64,000 nucleotides of DNA from Squalus acanthias (Eukaryota), in assembly GCA_030390025.1 (NCBI GenBank), contig JASTWF010000033.1, positions 6,388,001 to 6,452,000 on the forward strand, written 5' to 3'. A model generated the notes under the pieces. That model worked only from the letters and a program-made list of their open reading frames with translations, did not search any database and was not told where the DNA came from. Position 1 is the stretch's first letter. Each line of letters begins with the position of its first letter. Below are positions 50,005 to 62,941 of this stretch, in pieces. A program made the translations under genes and the position numbers.

Positions 50005-52980
50005 TAAGTATTTTTTGCACTTTCTCCAGTTCTTCTTTGACCTTTTTTATATTATGAAGACCATAACTATACACAGTTCTCTAAGTGTGACATGACCCCG
50101 GTCCTATACATGTTTAATACAATTTACAATGTATTTACAGCTCAGAGACAGGCCATTCGACTCAAAATGTCCCATATTGCTGTCCATGCTCCACACGAGC
50201 CTCCACCCACCCTCCTTCATCTAACCCAGTTAAAATATCGTTCTATTCCTTTCCCCCTCATGAGCTTGTCTCGCTACCCCTTAAATGTGTCTATGCTATT
50301 CGCATCATCTACTCCTCGTGGTAGCGAGTTCCACATTCTGACCACTCATTTGTTAAAAAGGTTTCTCCTGAATTCCCCTATTAGATTTATTAATGACTAT
50401 CTTAAATCTATGACCTCAAGTTCTAGATCTCTCCTGAAAGAAGAAACACCTTCCCTAATCGACCCTATGAAACCCTTTCATAATCTCAAAGAACTCTATC
50501 TGATTATCCCTCAGTCTTCACTTTCCTAAAGGAAAGAGCCCCAGCCTGTTCAGTCTTTCCTGACAGGTATAACCTCTCAGTTCTGGTATCATTCTAGTAA
50601 ATACTGTTTGTACCTTCACCAGTCCCTCTGTGTCCTTTTTATAAGATAGAGACCATGTTCGCAGTACACCAAGTGTGGTCTAACCAAGGTTCCATACAAG
50701 TTTAACATAACTTCTATTCTTTACAATTCTATCCCTCCATAAATGAACCCCAGCGCTTTCTTTGTTTTTATGGCCTTATCAACCTGCATTGCAACTTTTA
50801 GTGATTTATGTAACTGTACCCTCACATCCCTCTGTCCCTCAACCCCGTTTAGAACTTATTTTCCAAGGAGTATGCGAACTCCGTATTCTTCCTATTAAAA
50901 TGCACTACCTCGCATTTCTCTATATTGAGGTTCATTTGCCAGTTACACGCCCATTCTGCAAGTTTATTAACGTCTTCTTGGATTTTGTCGCAGTCCTCCT
51001 CTGTATTAACTATAAACCCCCATTTGGGTGGCATCCACAATGTTTGAAATTGCACTTCCGATTCCTGAGTCCTAATTGTTTAAGTAAATGGTGAACAAAA
51101 GTTTTCCCAGCACCGATCCTTGTGAAACACCACTTCTCACCATTGGCCAACTTCACTTCTTTTGAATTCTATTGCCTTAGAAATAAACCGCAATTCATTG
51201 TTAGCATTTTAATTGCTTTGCTGTCCTGAGATACTGCATTTAATTATTTGTTCACCTGTAGCCCTAGAGCCATTTGCTCTTCTGCCACGTTCAGTTTCTT
51301 ATTTTCTAAGGTATCGGTGATTATTGAATCATGGAATGATACAGCACAGAAGGAGGCCATTCAGCCCACCGTATCTGTGCTGGCTCTTTAGTACAGCTGT
51401 CCAATTAATACCACTCCTCTGCTCTTTCCCCAGTATTTTTTTTTATCTCAAGTATTTTTCCAAATCCCCTTTGAAAGTTACTATTGAATCTGCTTCCACC
51501 ACACTTTCAGGCAGCACATTCCAGATCACAACAACTCGCTGTGTAAAACAAAATCCTCCTCATGTTGTCTTGGGTTCTTTTGCCAATCACATTAAATCTG
51601 TGTCATCTGGTTACCGACCCCACTGCCACTGGAAACAGTTGCTCTTCAAGTACTCTATTAAATCTATTTAGGCTTTTGAACACCTCTATCAAATCTCCTC
51701 TTAACCTTCTCTGCTCTAATCAGAACAACCCCAGCTTCTCCAGTCTCTCCACATAACTGAAGTCCCTTGTCTCTGGTACCATTCTAGTAAATCTATTCTG
51801 CACACGCTCCAAGGCCTTGGCATTTTACTAAAGTGTGGTGTCCAGAATTGGACACAATGCTACAGCTGAAACCTAATCAGTGCTTTAAAATGTTTTTGCA
51901 TAACTTCCTTGCTTTTGTACTCTACTGCTTATTAATAAAGCGATGGATCCCGTATGCTTAATTAACATACTCCTCAAATTGTCCGGCCGCCTTCAAAGAT
52001 TAGTGTACATACATGCCTAGGTCCCTCTGTTCCTGCACTCCCTTTATAGTTACACCATTGAGATCACATTGCCTCTTCTCATTTTTCACTTCACAATTAT
52101 TTGTGTTAAATAGAATCTGCCAAGTGTCTGCCTAATTGAATCAGTGTTCGGGTTATGCTGTAAGCAAAGGGATTGGATTCCGCAAGAAACGCCATCAGAG
52201 AAGTGTAGGATCATGTCAGGGCCTAATCTGAAGCTCTCAGAACCTCCAGCCTGAGGAACAGTTTATAAGGGTAAAGACCCAGCCAAATTGCCTTGGCATT
52301 TAGTGTCTTGCTTTCGGCCCCAATTATATTTTATTCTGCTAATGGAAAATATGCCAGTAAACTGAGTAAGGAGATAACTTTATATGCAGGAATGAGGGTC
52401 AGTTAGAAGGTGTTGCATGAATGACTTTTAACCGAAGGTCAGCCATGACCATATTGAATGGTGGAGCAGGATCCAAGGGCCGAATGGCCTACTCCTGCTC
52501 CTATTACTTATGTTCTCTTGTTGACCAGTCAGTCTACGTCTTCCTGAAGTCTGTTGCTATCCTCCTCATTGTGTACTACATTTCCGAGTTTTGATGCCCT
52601 CTATACCCAACTCTAGGTCATTAAAATATATCAAAGAGAACACTGGTCCTAATAGCTACCCCTGGGGAACACCACTGTATACTTCCCTTCAGTCTGAAAA
52701 ACAACCGGTCACCACTACTCTCTGCTTTCTGACACTTGGCCAATTTGGTATCCATGCTGCCCTGTCCTATTAATCCCATGGGCTAGAATTTTATAACCAG
52801 GTATGTCACGTGGTACTTTGTCAAACGCCTTTTGAAAGTCCATATACACAACATCAACCACACTACCCTCATGATGTTTAGATTTTCTGACCAAAGTGCA
52901 TGGCCTCGCATTCATCAATGTTAAAGTTCACTTGTCACTTAACTGCGCAGTCTGTGTGTTTCCATTGTCTATTCTGAGAT
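50005..52980 (-). mobile_element. Nested old CR1-like LINE fragments
   Basis: Several 3' UTR starts (~50135, ~51325) and RT motifs (WQMNLNIEKCEVVHF, VDVVYMDFQKAFDKVP); highly fragmented. Confidence 0.7.
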
Positions 52981-53265
52981 GTCATGTAGAGAAATGTCTT
53001 TTCAATATTTGAAGCAAAGCATCAGTTTATTGAATAAAAAACAATAATAATTAATAAAGGCAGCCATCTACAACTGTGTGTGGTTTTGGAATTTTATCAG
53101 AAAATCTGAGGATTTATTGCAGAGTAAACTCCTGGATTGTCACTTTGTACTGCTGCTTTTCGAAGAAGTTGGTGAAGATATTATTTATTTCAAATAACAG
53201 AACTGCTCTCCTGTTTGCTTCAGCCTCACTTTGTGACTTTCGATATATGCATCGAACATCGTAAA

Positions 53266-56200
53266 CTCCTCCCCACCCCATCTAATATCCTCAGCTCCTC
53301 CCCACCTCACCTAATATCCTCAGCTCCTCCCCACCCCACCTAATATCCTCAGCTCCTCCCCACCACATCTAATATTCTCTGCTTCTCCCCACCCCACCTA
53401 CTATCCTCAGCTCCTCCCCACCCCACCTAATTTCCTCAGCTCCTCCCCACCACACCTAATATCCTCAGCTCCTCCCCACTTCACCTAATATCCTCAGTTC
53501 CTCTCCACCACACCTAATATCCTCAGCTCCTCCCCACTTCACCTAATATCCTCAGTTCCTCTCCACCCCACCTAAAATACTCAGTTCCTCTCCACCCCAC
53601 CTAATATCCACAGCTCCTCCCCACACCATCTAATATCCTCAGCTCCTCCCCACCCCAACTAATATCCTCAGCTCCTCCCCACCACACCTAATATCCTCAG
53701 CTCCTCCCCACCCCACCTAATATCCTCAGCTCCTCCCCACCACACCTAATATACTCAGCTCCTCCCCACCCACCTAATATCCTCAGCTCCTCTCCACCCC
53801 ACCTAATATCCTCAGCTCCTCCCCACCCTCACCTAATATCCTCAGCTCCTCCCCACCCCACCTAATATCCTCAGCTCCTCCCACCCCACCTAATATCCTC
53901 AGCTCCTCCCCACCCCACCTAATATCCTCAGCTCCTCCCCACCCACCTAATATCCTCAGCTCCTCCCCACCCCATCTAATATCCTCAGCTCTCCCCACCC
54001 CACCTAATATCCTCAGCTCCTCCCCACCCCACCTAATATCCTCAGCTCCTCCCACCCCACCTAATATCCTCAGCTCCTCCCCACCCCACCTAATATCCTC
54101 AGCTCCTCCCCACCCCACCTAATATCCTCAGCTCCTCCCCACCCCACCTAATATCCTCAGCTCCTCCCACCCCACCTAATATCCACAGATCCTCCCCACC
54201 CCACCTAATATCCTCAGCTCCTCCCCACCCACCTAATATCCTCAGCTCCTCCCCACCCCACCTAATATCCTCAGCTCCACCCCACCCCACCGAATATCCT
54301 CAGCACCTCCCCACCTCACCTAATATCCTCAGCTCCACCCCACCTAACCTAATATCCTCAGCTCCTCCCCACCTCACCTAATATCCTCAGGTCCACCCCA
54401 ACCCATCTAATATCCTCAGCTCCTCCCCACCTCACTAATATCCTCAGCTCATCCCCACCACACCTAATATCCTCAGCTCCTCCCCACCCCACCTAATATC
54501 CTCAGCTCCTCCCCACGCACTTAATATCCTCAGCTCCTCCCCACCCCACCTAATATTCTCAGCTCCTCCCCACCCCACCTAATATCCTCAGCTTCTCCCC
54601 ACCCCACCTAATATCCTCAGCTCCTCCCCACCTCACCTAATATCCTCAGCTCCTCCCCACCCCACCTAATATCCTCAGCTCCTCCCCACCACATCTAATA
54701 TTCTCTGCTCCTCCCCACCCCACCTACTATCCTCAGCTCCTCCCCACCCCACCTAATTTCCTCAGCTCCTCCTCACCACACCTAATATCCTCAGCTCCTC
54801 CCCACTTCACCTAATATCCTCAGTTCCTCTCCACCACACCTAATATCCTCAGCTCCTCCCCACTCACCTAATATCCTCAGCTCCTCTCCACCCCACCTAA
54901 TATACTCAGCTCCTCTCCACCCCACCTAATATCCTCAGCTCCTCCCCACACCATCTAATATCCTCAGCTCCTCCCCACCCCAACTAATATCCTCAGCTCC
55001 TCCCCACCACACCTAATATCCTCAGCTCCTCCCCACCCCACCTAATATCCTCAGCTCCTCCCCACCACACCTAATATACTCAGCTCCTCCCCACTCACCT
55101 AATATCCTCAGTTCCTCTCCACCCCACCTAATATCCTCAGTTCCTCTCAACCTCAACTAATATCCACAGCTCCTCCCCACACCACCTAATATCCACAGCT
55201 CCTCCCCACCCCACCTAATATCCTCAGCTCCTCCCCACCCCACCTAATATCCTCAGCTCCTCCCCAACCACCTAATATCCTCAGCTCCTCCCCACCCCAT
55301 CTAATATCCTCAGCTCCTCCCCACCCCACCTAATATCCTCAGCTCCTCCCCACCCCACCTAATATCCTCAGCTCCTCCCACCCACCTAATAGCCTCAGCT
55401 CCTCCCCACCCCATCTAATATCCTCAGCTCCTCCCCACCCCACCTAATATCCTCAGCTCCTCCCCACCCCACCTAATATCCTCAGCTCCTCCCACCCCAC
55501 CTAATATCCTCAGCTCCTCCCCACCCCACCTAATATCCTCAGCTCCTCCCCACCTCACCTAATATCCTCAGCTCCTCCCCACCCCACCTAATATCCTCAG
55601 CTCCTCCCCACCCCACCTAATATCCTCAGCTCCTCCCCACCTCACCTAATATCCTCAGCTCCTCCCCACCCACCTAATATCCTCAGCTCCTCCCCACCTC
55701 ACCTAATATCCTCAGCTCCTCCCCAACCCACCTAATATCCTCAGCTCCTCCCCACCTCACCTAATATCCTCAGCTCATCCCCACCCCACCTAATATCCTC
55801 AGCTCCTCCTCACCCACCTAATATCCTCAGCTCCTCCCCACCGCACCTAATATCCTCAGCTCCTCCCCACCCACCTAATATTCTCAGCTCCTCCCCACCC
55901 CACCTAATATCCTCAGCTCTCCCCACCCCACCTAATATCCTCAGCTCCTCCTAACCTCACCTAATATCCTCAGCTCCTCTCCACCCCACCTAATATCCTC
56001 AGCTCCTCCCCACCCCACCTAATATCCTCAGCTCCTCCCCACCCCAGCTAATATCCTCAGCTCCTCCCCACCCCACCTAATATCCTCAGCTCCTCCCCAC
56101 CCCACCTAATATCCTCAGCTCCTCCCCACCCCACCTAATATCCTCAGCTCCTCCCCACCCCACCTAATATCCTCAGCTCCTCCCCACCACACCTAATATC

Positions 56201-56790
56201 CTCAGCTCCTCCCCACCCATCCTAATATCCTCAGCTCCTCCCCACCCCACCTAATACCCTCAGCTTCTCCCCACCATCTAATATCCTCAGCTCCTCCCCA
56301 CCCCTCCTAATATCCTCAGCTCCTCCCACCCCACCTAATATCCTCAGCTCCTCCCCACCTCACCTAATATCCTCAGCTCCTCTCCACCCCAACTAATATC
56401 CTCAGCTACCCCACATCCAACCTAATATCCTCAGCTCCTCCCCACCACACCTAATAGCCTCTACTCCTCTCCACCCCACCTAATATCCTCAGCTCCTCTC
56501 CACCCCACCTAATATCCTCAGCTCCTCTCCACCCCACCTAATATCCTCAGCTCCTCTCCACCCCACCTAATATCCTCAGTTCCTCACCACCCCAACTAAT
56601 ATCCTCAGCTCCGCCACATCCAACCTAATATCCTCAGCTCCTCCCCACCACAGATAATATCCTCAACTCTACTCCACCCCACTAATATCCTCAGCTCATC
56701 CCCAACCCACCTAATATCCTCAGCACCTCCCCACCGCACCTAATATCCTGAGCACCTCCCCACCCTACATTTTATTCTCAGCTCATCCCC
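53266..56790. repeat. 29-bp satellite, consensus CCTAATATCCTCAGCTCCTCCCCACCCCA, about 120 copies
   Basis: Directly visible 29-nt periodicity; extreme C/G strand skew; degenerates at its right edge. Confidence 0.97.
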
Positions 56791-57144
56791 ACCAATGTTC
56801 TGTCTAATTTCTTTCAACTGAGCGGGCCACAAACTCCTTTGACTGCGACCTTTTCTTCCGTGGAATTTGTCTCCATCGTCCCCGGAGGTGATTTGAGCGC
56901 TAAAGCAAGTGCTGCACACCTCTCTTAGAACACTAACATCGGGAACGATCGGGGAGCGAGGCACTAACTCAGAACGCTACTGAAGCTCAGGCGATGTCAA
57001 TAACCCTGGAACTCAGACAGACTGGCGCCATCCTGTTCTTCAAGGGGAGGGTCCATCTTGTTGCACAGCCACACCCTGCTCATTGCAGCTTTGAGCATCG
57101 GCCTGCTAACATCATTGAGATTGCTGAAACGATTGTGTTGGATA

Positions 57145-58982
57145 CTCAGAGGCCAGGGAGAGAGCTCGGCGCTTTAGTGACCATCTTTGGTGGCTCTGGT
57201 TGGCACAGTTGAACTGCAATGGGCAGTGCTCTTTCCAGAGAGTGGCAGGTCGCTATTGACCCATGAGTTTAGAAGAGTCTGGAGGCAGGTGGCTCAGCAT
57301 GTGCCATCGCGTAGCCTGGCGCCGAGGACACATACACAGTGTCTTAAAATGTTCAACGACCTCACTCGGGTTGTCAGGGTGAGTATCTGCTCTTCAATAC
57401 CTCTACATCCCTCCATCTCAACCTCACTCTGTGCACAGAGGGTTTTCAAACCCAAATGACCAACGCTCATCCAAGAACTATGGCCATCTCATAAAACTCA
57501 CATGCGCATTCCACACCTTGCATACATTAACGGCTATTCAACTATGGTAGGCACATCTGCCAAACACATGGCTGCACACTCACTCACACGCTGTCCTTTT
57601 TCTTGCAGGCCAAGCTTTCACATAACCAGCAAGTGACCCAGCGGATGGGAGGAGGACAGGCAGAGCTACACCCCATTACAGAATGGAGGAGAGTCCACAG
57701 ACTCATTGCGAGCCAGGAAGTAGGCGCTGTGGCCGTTGGAGTGTTCGACCCCCTTGGCGACAGCAATGGTATGTTCATCAGCTTTCTCTCCTCGCTCATA
57801 CCACTTCCCCCTCACAACACCAGGCTTTTACACGTTCAATCGAACTAACTGTCTCCAGTCCTTCCTCCCTTCCTGACCACCTGCCCTCACGCTAAAAACA
57901 CTCTTTCAGATAGTGAACCACCAGCTGACCAGCCTGTCTCTCAGCCTAGCCAGTGACAGCGACACGCCAGGGGAGGAGGAAGAGGAAGCCGGAACCTCAC
58001 CGCCTGCGTCTCCCAATGGCGACACTTCCGACACAGGGGCCAGGCATTCCCTGGAGGGTAGCAGAGGGTTAGCATCTGATGTGGGTGAAGCTCCGGGATC
58101 CAGCGGGCTGCAGCAATGCCATGGGGGAAGGGAAGTTCGAGGACCATCTCCACGGGTGGTGAGTGCATGCACGAGTTCTGCTGCACAGGATTCGGATTCG
58201 GACCTCGATATAGCGACCATGAATACGCAGACAATGAGCATGCACACGGAGCTCATGGGTGCAATGGAAAGGATGCCCGACAGCATGGATGCACTGGTTA
58301 GGAGCGTTGAGGAATCCGCCACCAGCACAGCTGTCATCTGTGCACAAACCCTTGAACCCATCCTTGCCTTGTTGTGGAGGATGGCTAAATTGCAGGGAGA
58401 CCGTGGGGAACCAGACCCCATGCCGTGTGTAATAGGTGAGGTGGCAGGATCTATTGCAGCACAGCCCGAGGCAATGCAATGGCTTAGTGCTGCAATCGAG
58501 TCATTGGCTGGTGCCAATCAGTCTCAGACTGCTGTCATCGTCGCTGGGTCGCCCCAATCCACCGGGATCTCACGGTACCGCTTGGCCAGCAATCTGTGCT
58601 CGACCAGTTTGCTCCGGATGCTGATGTACTGCCCCGTGGGTGTGGCAGTGTGTCGGTCGAGCAGGAAGGTGCTGTCCTCTCTCAGGAGGACAGCATTCCT
58701 GCTCCCACCACTGCCACTTCCCCATTGCACTTAGCACGGCCTGTAACAAAGCCAGCCCAGACTGCTGCCGCTCATTCAGAGTTGGTGCATTCTACAGCCG
58801 GGCCCTCCAGGCCCAGAGTTGGTCGAGGGCGTCCTTCAAGGGCATCTGCAGTCTCTGCATCCAACATTCAGCAGCCTTCCGCCAGCCTTGCTGCGGCCAC
58901 TGGGGCCACATTACGGAGCAGTAGGGTGGGAAGTGGGGAAGTGTGCAGGGGATGGAGATCACCCTCAAAGGCCGAAAACTAA
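57145..58982 (+). pseudogene. Harbinger Myb/SANT-like DNA-binding protein (spliced, frameshifted)
   Basis: ARERARRFSD...VALVGTVE...VLFP...VWRQVAQHV...PRTHTQCLKMFNDLTR, donor GTGAGT at ~57379; next exon after TTGCAG at ~57608 (AKLSHN...RMGGG); low-complexity acidic C-terminal exon from ~57910. Confidence 0.75.
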
Positions 58983-59352
58983 ACATTATGTAATAAATGG
59001 GGGGAATGTTTGTGGGAAAGTTTGATGTTCATCTGAATATATTGGTTTACTGTTTTTACGTTTATCTTGATGTGGTAAGAACGAGTTTTGTTCGTGTATG
59101 AATTGTTGTGTTTGTTTCTAATTGTTTGTCCTGAATAAATAAGACACGGTTTCTTATATAAATAAAAACATTTATTGGAACTTTACAACTTTGCTGATTT
59201 GACTCATTGGAGCTTTGCCCGGTAATAGGGGCTGCGGGATACTTGCGATGATGTCCTTCTTCATCCCAGAAGCCATCTTCTCTGTCATTCGTCAGAAGTG
59301 GTCTCTTACCAGGAGTTCTTACAGAGACAACATTGAGCATCTCCCTCCCATG

Positions 59353-60534
59353 TTATTGCTGCTGATCCTCCTCTTCATCCTCCACCTCCGCCTCCTCCTC
59401 CTCTCCATCTTCCTCCTCCTGAGGTGGTGCACCAATCCCTAGTGGCAATGGCTGGGTCCTCATCATTGCAAGGTTGTGAAGCATGCAGCACACAACAATG
59501 AAAAGCGAGACTCGCTCGGGAGAGTACTGCAGGGCTCCTCCAGAGTGGTCCAGACACCGGGCCCGTTGTTTCAAGACGCCGATCGTCTGCTCAGTGAGGT
59601 TCCTGGTGGCGCTATGGCTCTCATTGTATTGGAGCTCAGCAGGAGTGTTGGCGTTACGAAGTGGTGACATCAGCTAGGTGCAGAGTGGATAAACCTTGTC
59701 CCCGAGGAGCCATCCCCGAGTTTGATGCGGTGGTTGGAAGAGGTCTGGGACACCAGCCTGGCGCAGGATGAATGTATCATAGCTGCTGCCAGGATAGCGG
59801 GCATTGAGGGCGAGGAAGCGCTGTCTCTGGTCGCACACCAGCTGGACATTCAGAGAGTTGACACCCTTGCGGTTTCGGAACGCCTCTGCTTTCTCATGTG
59901 GTGACCGCAAAGCCACATGCGTGCAGTCAATGGCCCCCTGAACCATGGGGATGGCCACTAGCCGAGCAAAGCCACATGCGCATTCGCATTGTTTGTCCCA
60001 GGTCATGGGCAAAGAGATATACGCCCTTCTCCTTTTGTAGAGAGCATTTGTGTCCTCCAGGATGCAGCAATGGACAGCGATCTGGAAGATGTTAGCTATG
60101 TCCCGATTTGAAGCTTGGAATGAGCCGCTGGTATAGAAATTCAGAGCCACCGTCAACTTCACTACCACTGACAGAGACGCCCTGGTCCTGAGCTGAGGCT
60201 GCAGATCTGTTTGCAGGAGGTGGCAGAGCTCAGTGACCACCTCCTTGCTAAAGCTCAGTATTGTGAAACACTGCTCCTCAGAGAAATGGATATAGGAGAA
60301 TTGCTCCCGGAATACCCTGGGAGGGCAAGGTCTCCTGTGCAGAGCCCTGTTGGACCTCCTCCCTCTGGCCACGTTTGCCTCTCTCTCTCTCTCTCTCTGC
60401 GCCACTGCTGCCTCCGAAGGTGAGGCTGGACGACGACGCCCCAAGTTAGCACAGTCCGCATTTAAATTCTTCCAAATGTGGTACACACAAAGCTCAGAGA
60501 AATAGGAACCTGAAAAGTGTTGCTCAGGACCCAA
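59353..60534 (-). pseudogene. Harbinger DDE transposase (HARBI1-like) with an in-frame stop at ~59674
   Basis: VALNFYTSGSFQ, GAIDCTHV, NRKGVNSLNVQLVCD, YPGSSYD, LLGDKVYP, TEQTIGVLKQR.RCL, CCMLHN motifs. Confidence 0.92.
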
Positions 60535-62162
60535 ACTCCTTCGGACAGCGTTAAATCTCTCCAGACGTCTCTCTCTCTCTCAGCCTCATTTGCCACAAAA
60601 TTTGCCGACATGAAAAAGCAGGAAGCGCACGCCTAAAAATAGCGCTCCCGCAGCTCCTTTCCAACTTCAAACCGTTCCCCTCTACCAATCGTTCCTAGCG
60701 GCAGGCGCTAAGTCAGGGGGCGAGAATCAATTTCCGGTCTGGGGCGCTACCGGGGCGTTGCACGCTCGCATGACTTCACGGTCTGCGGGCACAGGTGACC
60801 GGGGCAGTAGTGTATAGCGCCACCTCAAAACGACAGGTCTGTTTCGTGAGCGGCGCTAAAATCGCTGCGCTCGGGCACTAAGTTCCTAATGCCTCATTAG
60901 CACCATTCAGAGGTGCTATAGGGAGTCACTAAACAACCTATTTTTCCCCCCTTTGACTCTTATTTTCCAAGGAGTAGCTAGGCTCCTTATTCCTGCTACC
61001 AAAATGCACCACCTCACACTTACCCATATTGAAATTCATTTGTCATTGACATGCCCATTCTGCAAGTTAGTTTACGGTAGAATTATTTAATTTTTAGTTG
61101 GTCATGCACAAACTCTATTTGACTAAATACTTGTCATAAATGACTGGGATATAAAAGAACTGCAGAATAATAAATTAACACTTCAGAAACGTCACTGAGT
61201 TATCCGGTTATGCATCGACAAACAACCCAAAAGCCCACGGTGAGCTGAATGAGGCATATCTATTCGTACAATTTGTATTAATTTTAAAGTTTTCAACGTA
61301 TTAGTCCATCCCTCATGTCACTATAGCAGTGGCTGCACAAGCAGCAGGAGCAGCGGCTTTCCTATGGTGCTGACGTGCTGTACGTCCAGATATGGAAACA
61401 GAATATTAATCACAATACAACCAGGCAACCAACAAATATAAAGTACTGTAGTTGTTTAGTTCACAGTATTAAAAAGAATTGAACAAAAACGGGTATCCGT
61501 ATTGTCAACTTCAATCGCTTCCATTAATAACCGTGGTCTTGTTGAACCAGCACACCGCACATGTAACATGTCAGAAATGCAGCACTTATTCACAAGTGCA
61601 GAAAAACACACACACAATTTGCGTCACTAAATTAAAAACAAAAAGCTGGAAAAGCTATGATTTAACACAAATAAATATTCATAATTCTTCCTGGAGAAGA
61701 GAACCAATCAGACTGACTTGGAAATGTTTACTAATATGTTGATGTAAAGATGTTAATTTACAAATTTTGCTGCCAATGTTTTTTGTCTCCAACATTCTCC
61801 ACAATATTAATCCCTGCTCTAGTCACAAAAAATGATGAATTATTTTAGGTACTTCCCAATTAAATAGCAGGAAACAAACTTCATTGTGCTCTCCATTTTT
61901 AATCTCCTAACTCAAACATTTATAGCGAATAGAAATTGTACATTATCAGTTTAATCAGAGTATTTGGTGTGTCTTTATCAATAAACAAATAATGGTTTCT
62001 TCTAAAGTAGCTTCTTGCATTTTTCATACATCAGCACAGAGTTCTTGTTTCTATTAACGCTCCACTAAACATTTAAGAGGAAATCTATATTTACATTATT
62101 TACATTATTCCTGGGACTTGTTCAGACTATACAACGGCAGACACAATTAAATCGTTCACAAT

Positions 62163-62553
62163 AGCAAAATACAGCGGATGCTGGAATCTGAAATATAGAC
62201 AGAAAATGCTGGAAATACTCAGCAGGTCAGACAGCATCTGTGGAGAGAGAGAGAAACAGAGTTAACGTTTCAGGTCTGTGACCTTTCGTCCGAACTGGAA
62301 AAAGTTCGAGATGTTAACCAGGTGCAGAGGCCTGATTTAACCACTCCTGCCTTCCACCATATCACAGACCATCCCTTTTGTTCCTTCCTCCCATCCCGCC
62401 TTTCCCTGACTCTGCACCTGGTAAATATCTGTTACAACTCTAATATTTTCCAGTTCTGACGAAAGTTCACAGACCTGAAACATTAAATCTGTTTTTCTCT
62501 CTCTCTCCACAGATGCTGACTGACCTGCTGAGTATTTCCAGCATTTTCTGTTT
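62163..62553. mobile_element. Fold-back (inverted-repeat) Penelope 3'-end element with two hammerhead-like motifs
   Basis: Arms ~62199-62330 and ~62409-62553 are reverse complements and match the Penelope 3' UTRs at 21905-22005 and 44515-44615. Confidence 0.85.
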
Positions 62554-62787
62554 TATTATAATATAATATAAAATGGTTTCTGTTTTTCTCCTTTTTTTGG
62601 TTCTCTTTCTGAACGTCTTAATGATATTTTTAAAAAGTCAAAAAAAAGTAACATGTAACTCCTCCAAATCCATCCCTGCCTTCCCCTCCTCAACAGCATG
62701 GTTGCATGTTTGTGTGAAGCTACTCACTTCAGTCGATCGTTCAAAATCAAATATTGAGAAATGTCAATTATAAAACGCTTTAAGCAT

Positions 62788-62941
62788 NNNNNNNNNNNNN
62801 NNNNNNNNNNNNNNNNNNNNNNNNNNNNNNNNNNNNNNNNNNNNNNNNNNNNNNNNNNNNNNNNNNNNNNNNNNNNNNNNNNNNNNNNNNNNNNNNNNNN
62901 NNNNNNNNNNNNNNNNNNNNNNNNNNNNNNNNNNNNNNNNN
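62788..62941. other. Assembly gap (154 N)
   Basis: Run of N. Confidence 1.

Larger units (their letters stand above)
56815..60951. mobile_element. PIF/Harbinger DNA transposon, decayed autonomous-type copy with two convergent genes
   Basis: Myb/SANT-like spliced gene on + and a HARBI1-like DDE transposase on -; GC-rich termini. Exact TIRs were not resolved. Confidence 0.85.

Noticed and set aside
53783..54290. GGAEDIRWGGEELRIL repeat ORFs
   Set aside because: Translations of the 29-bp satellite.
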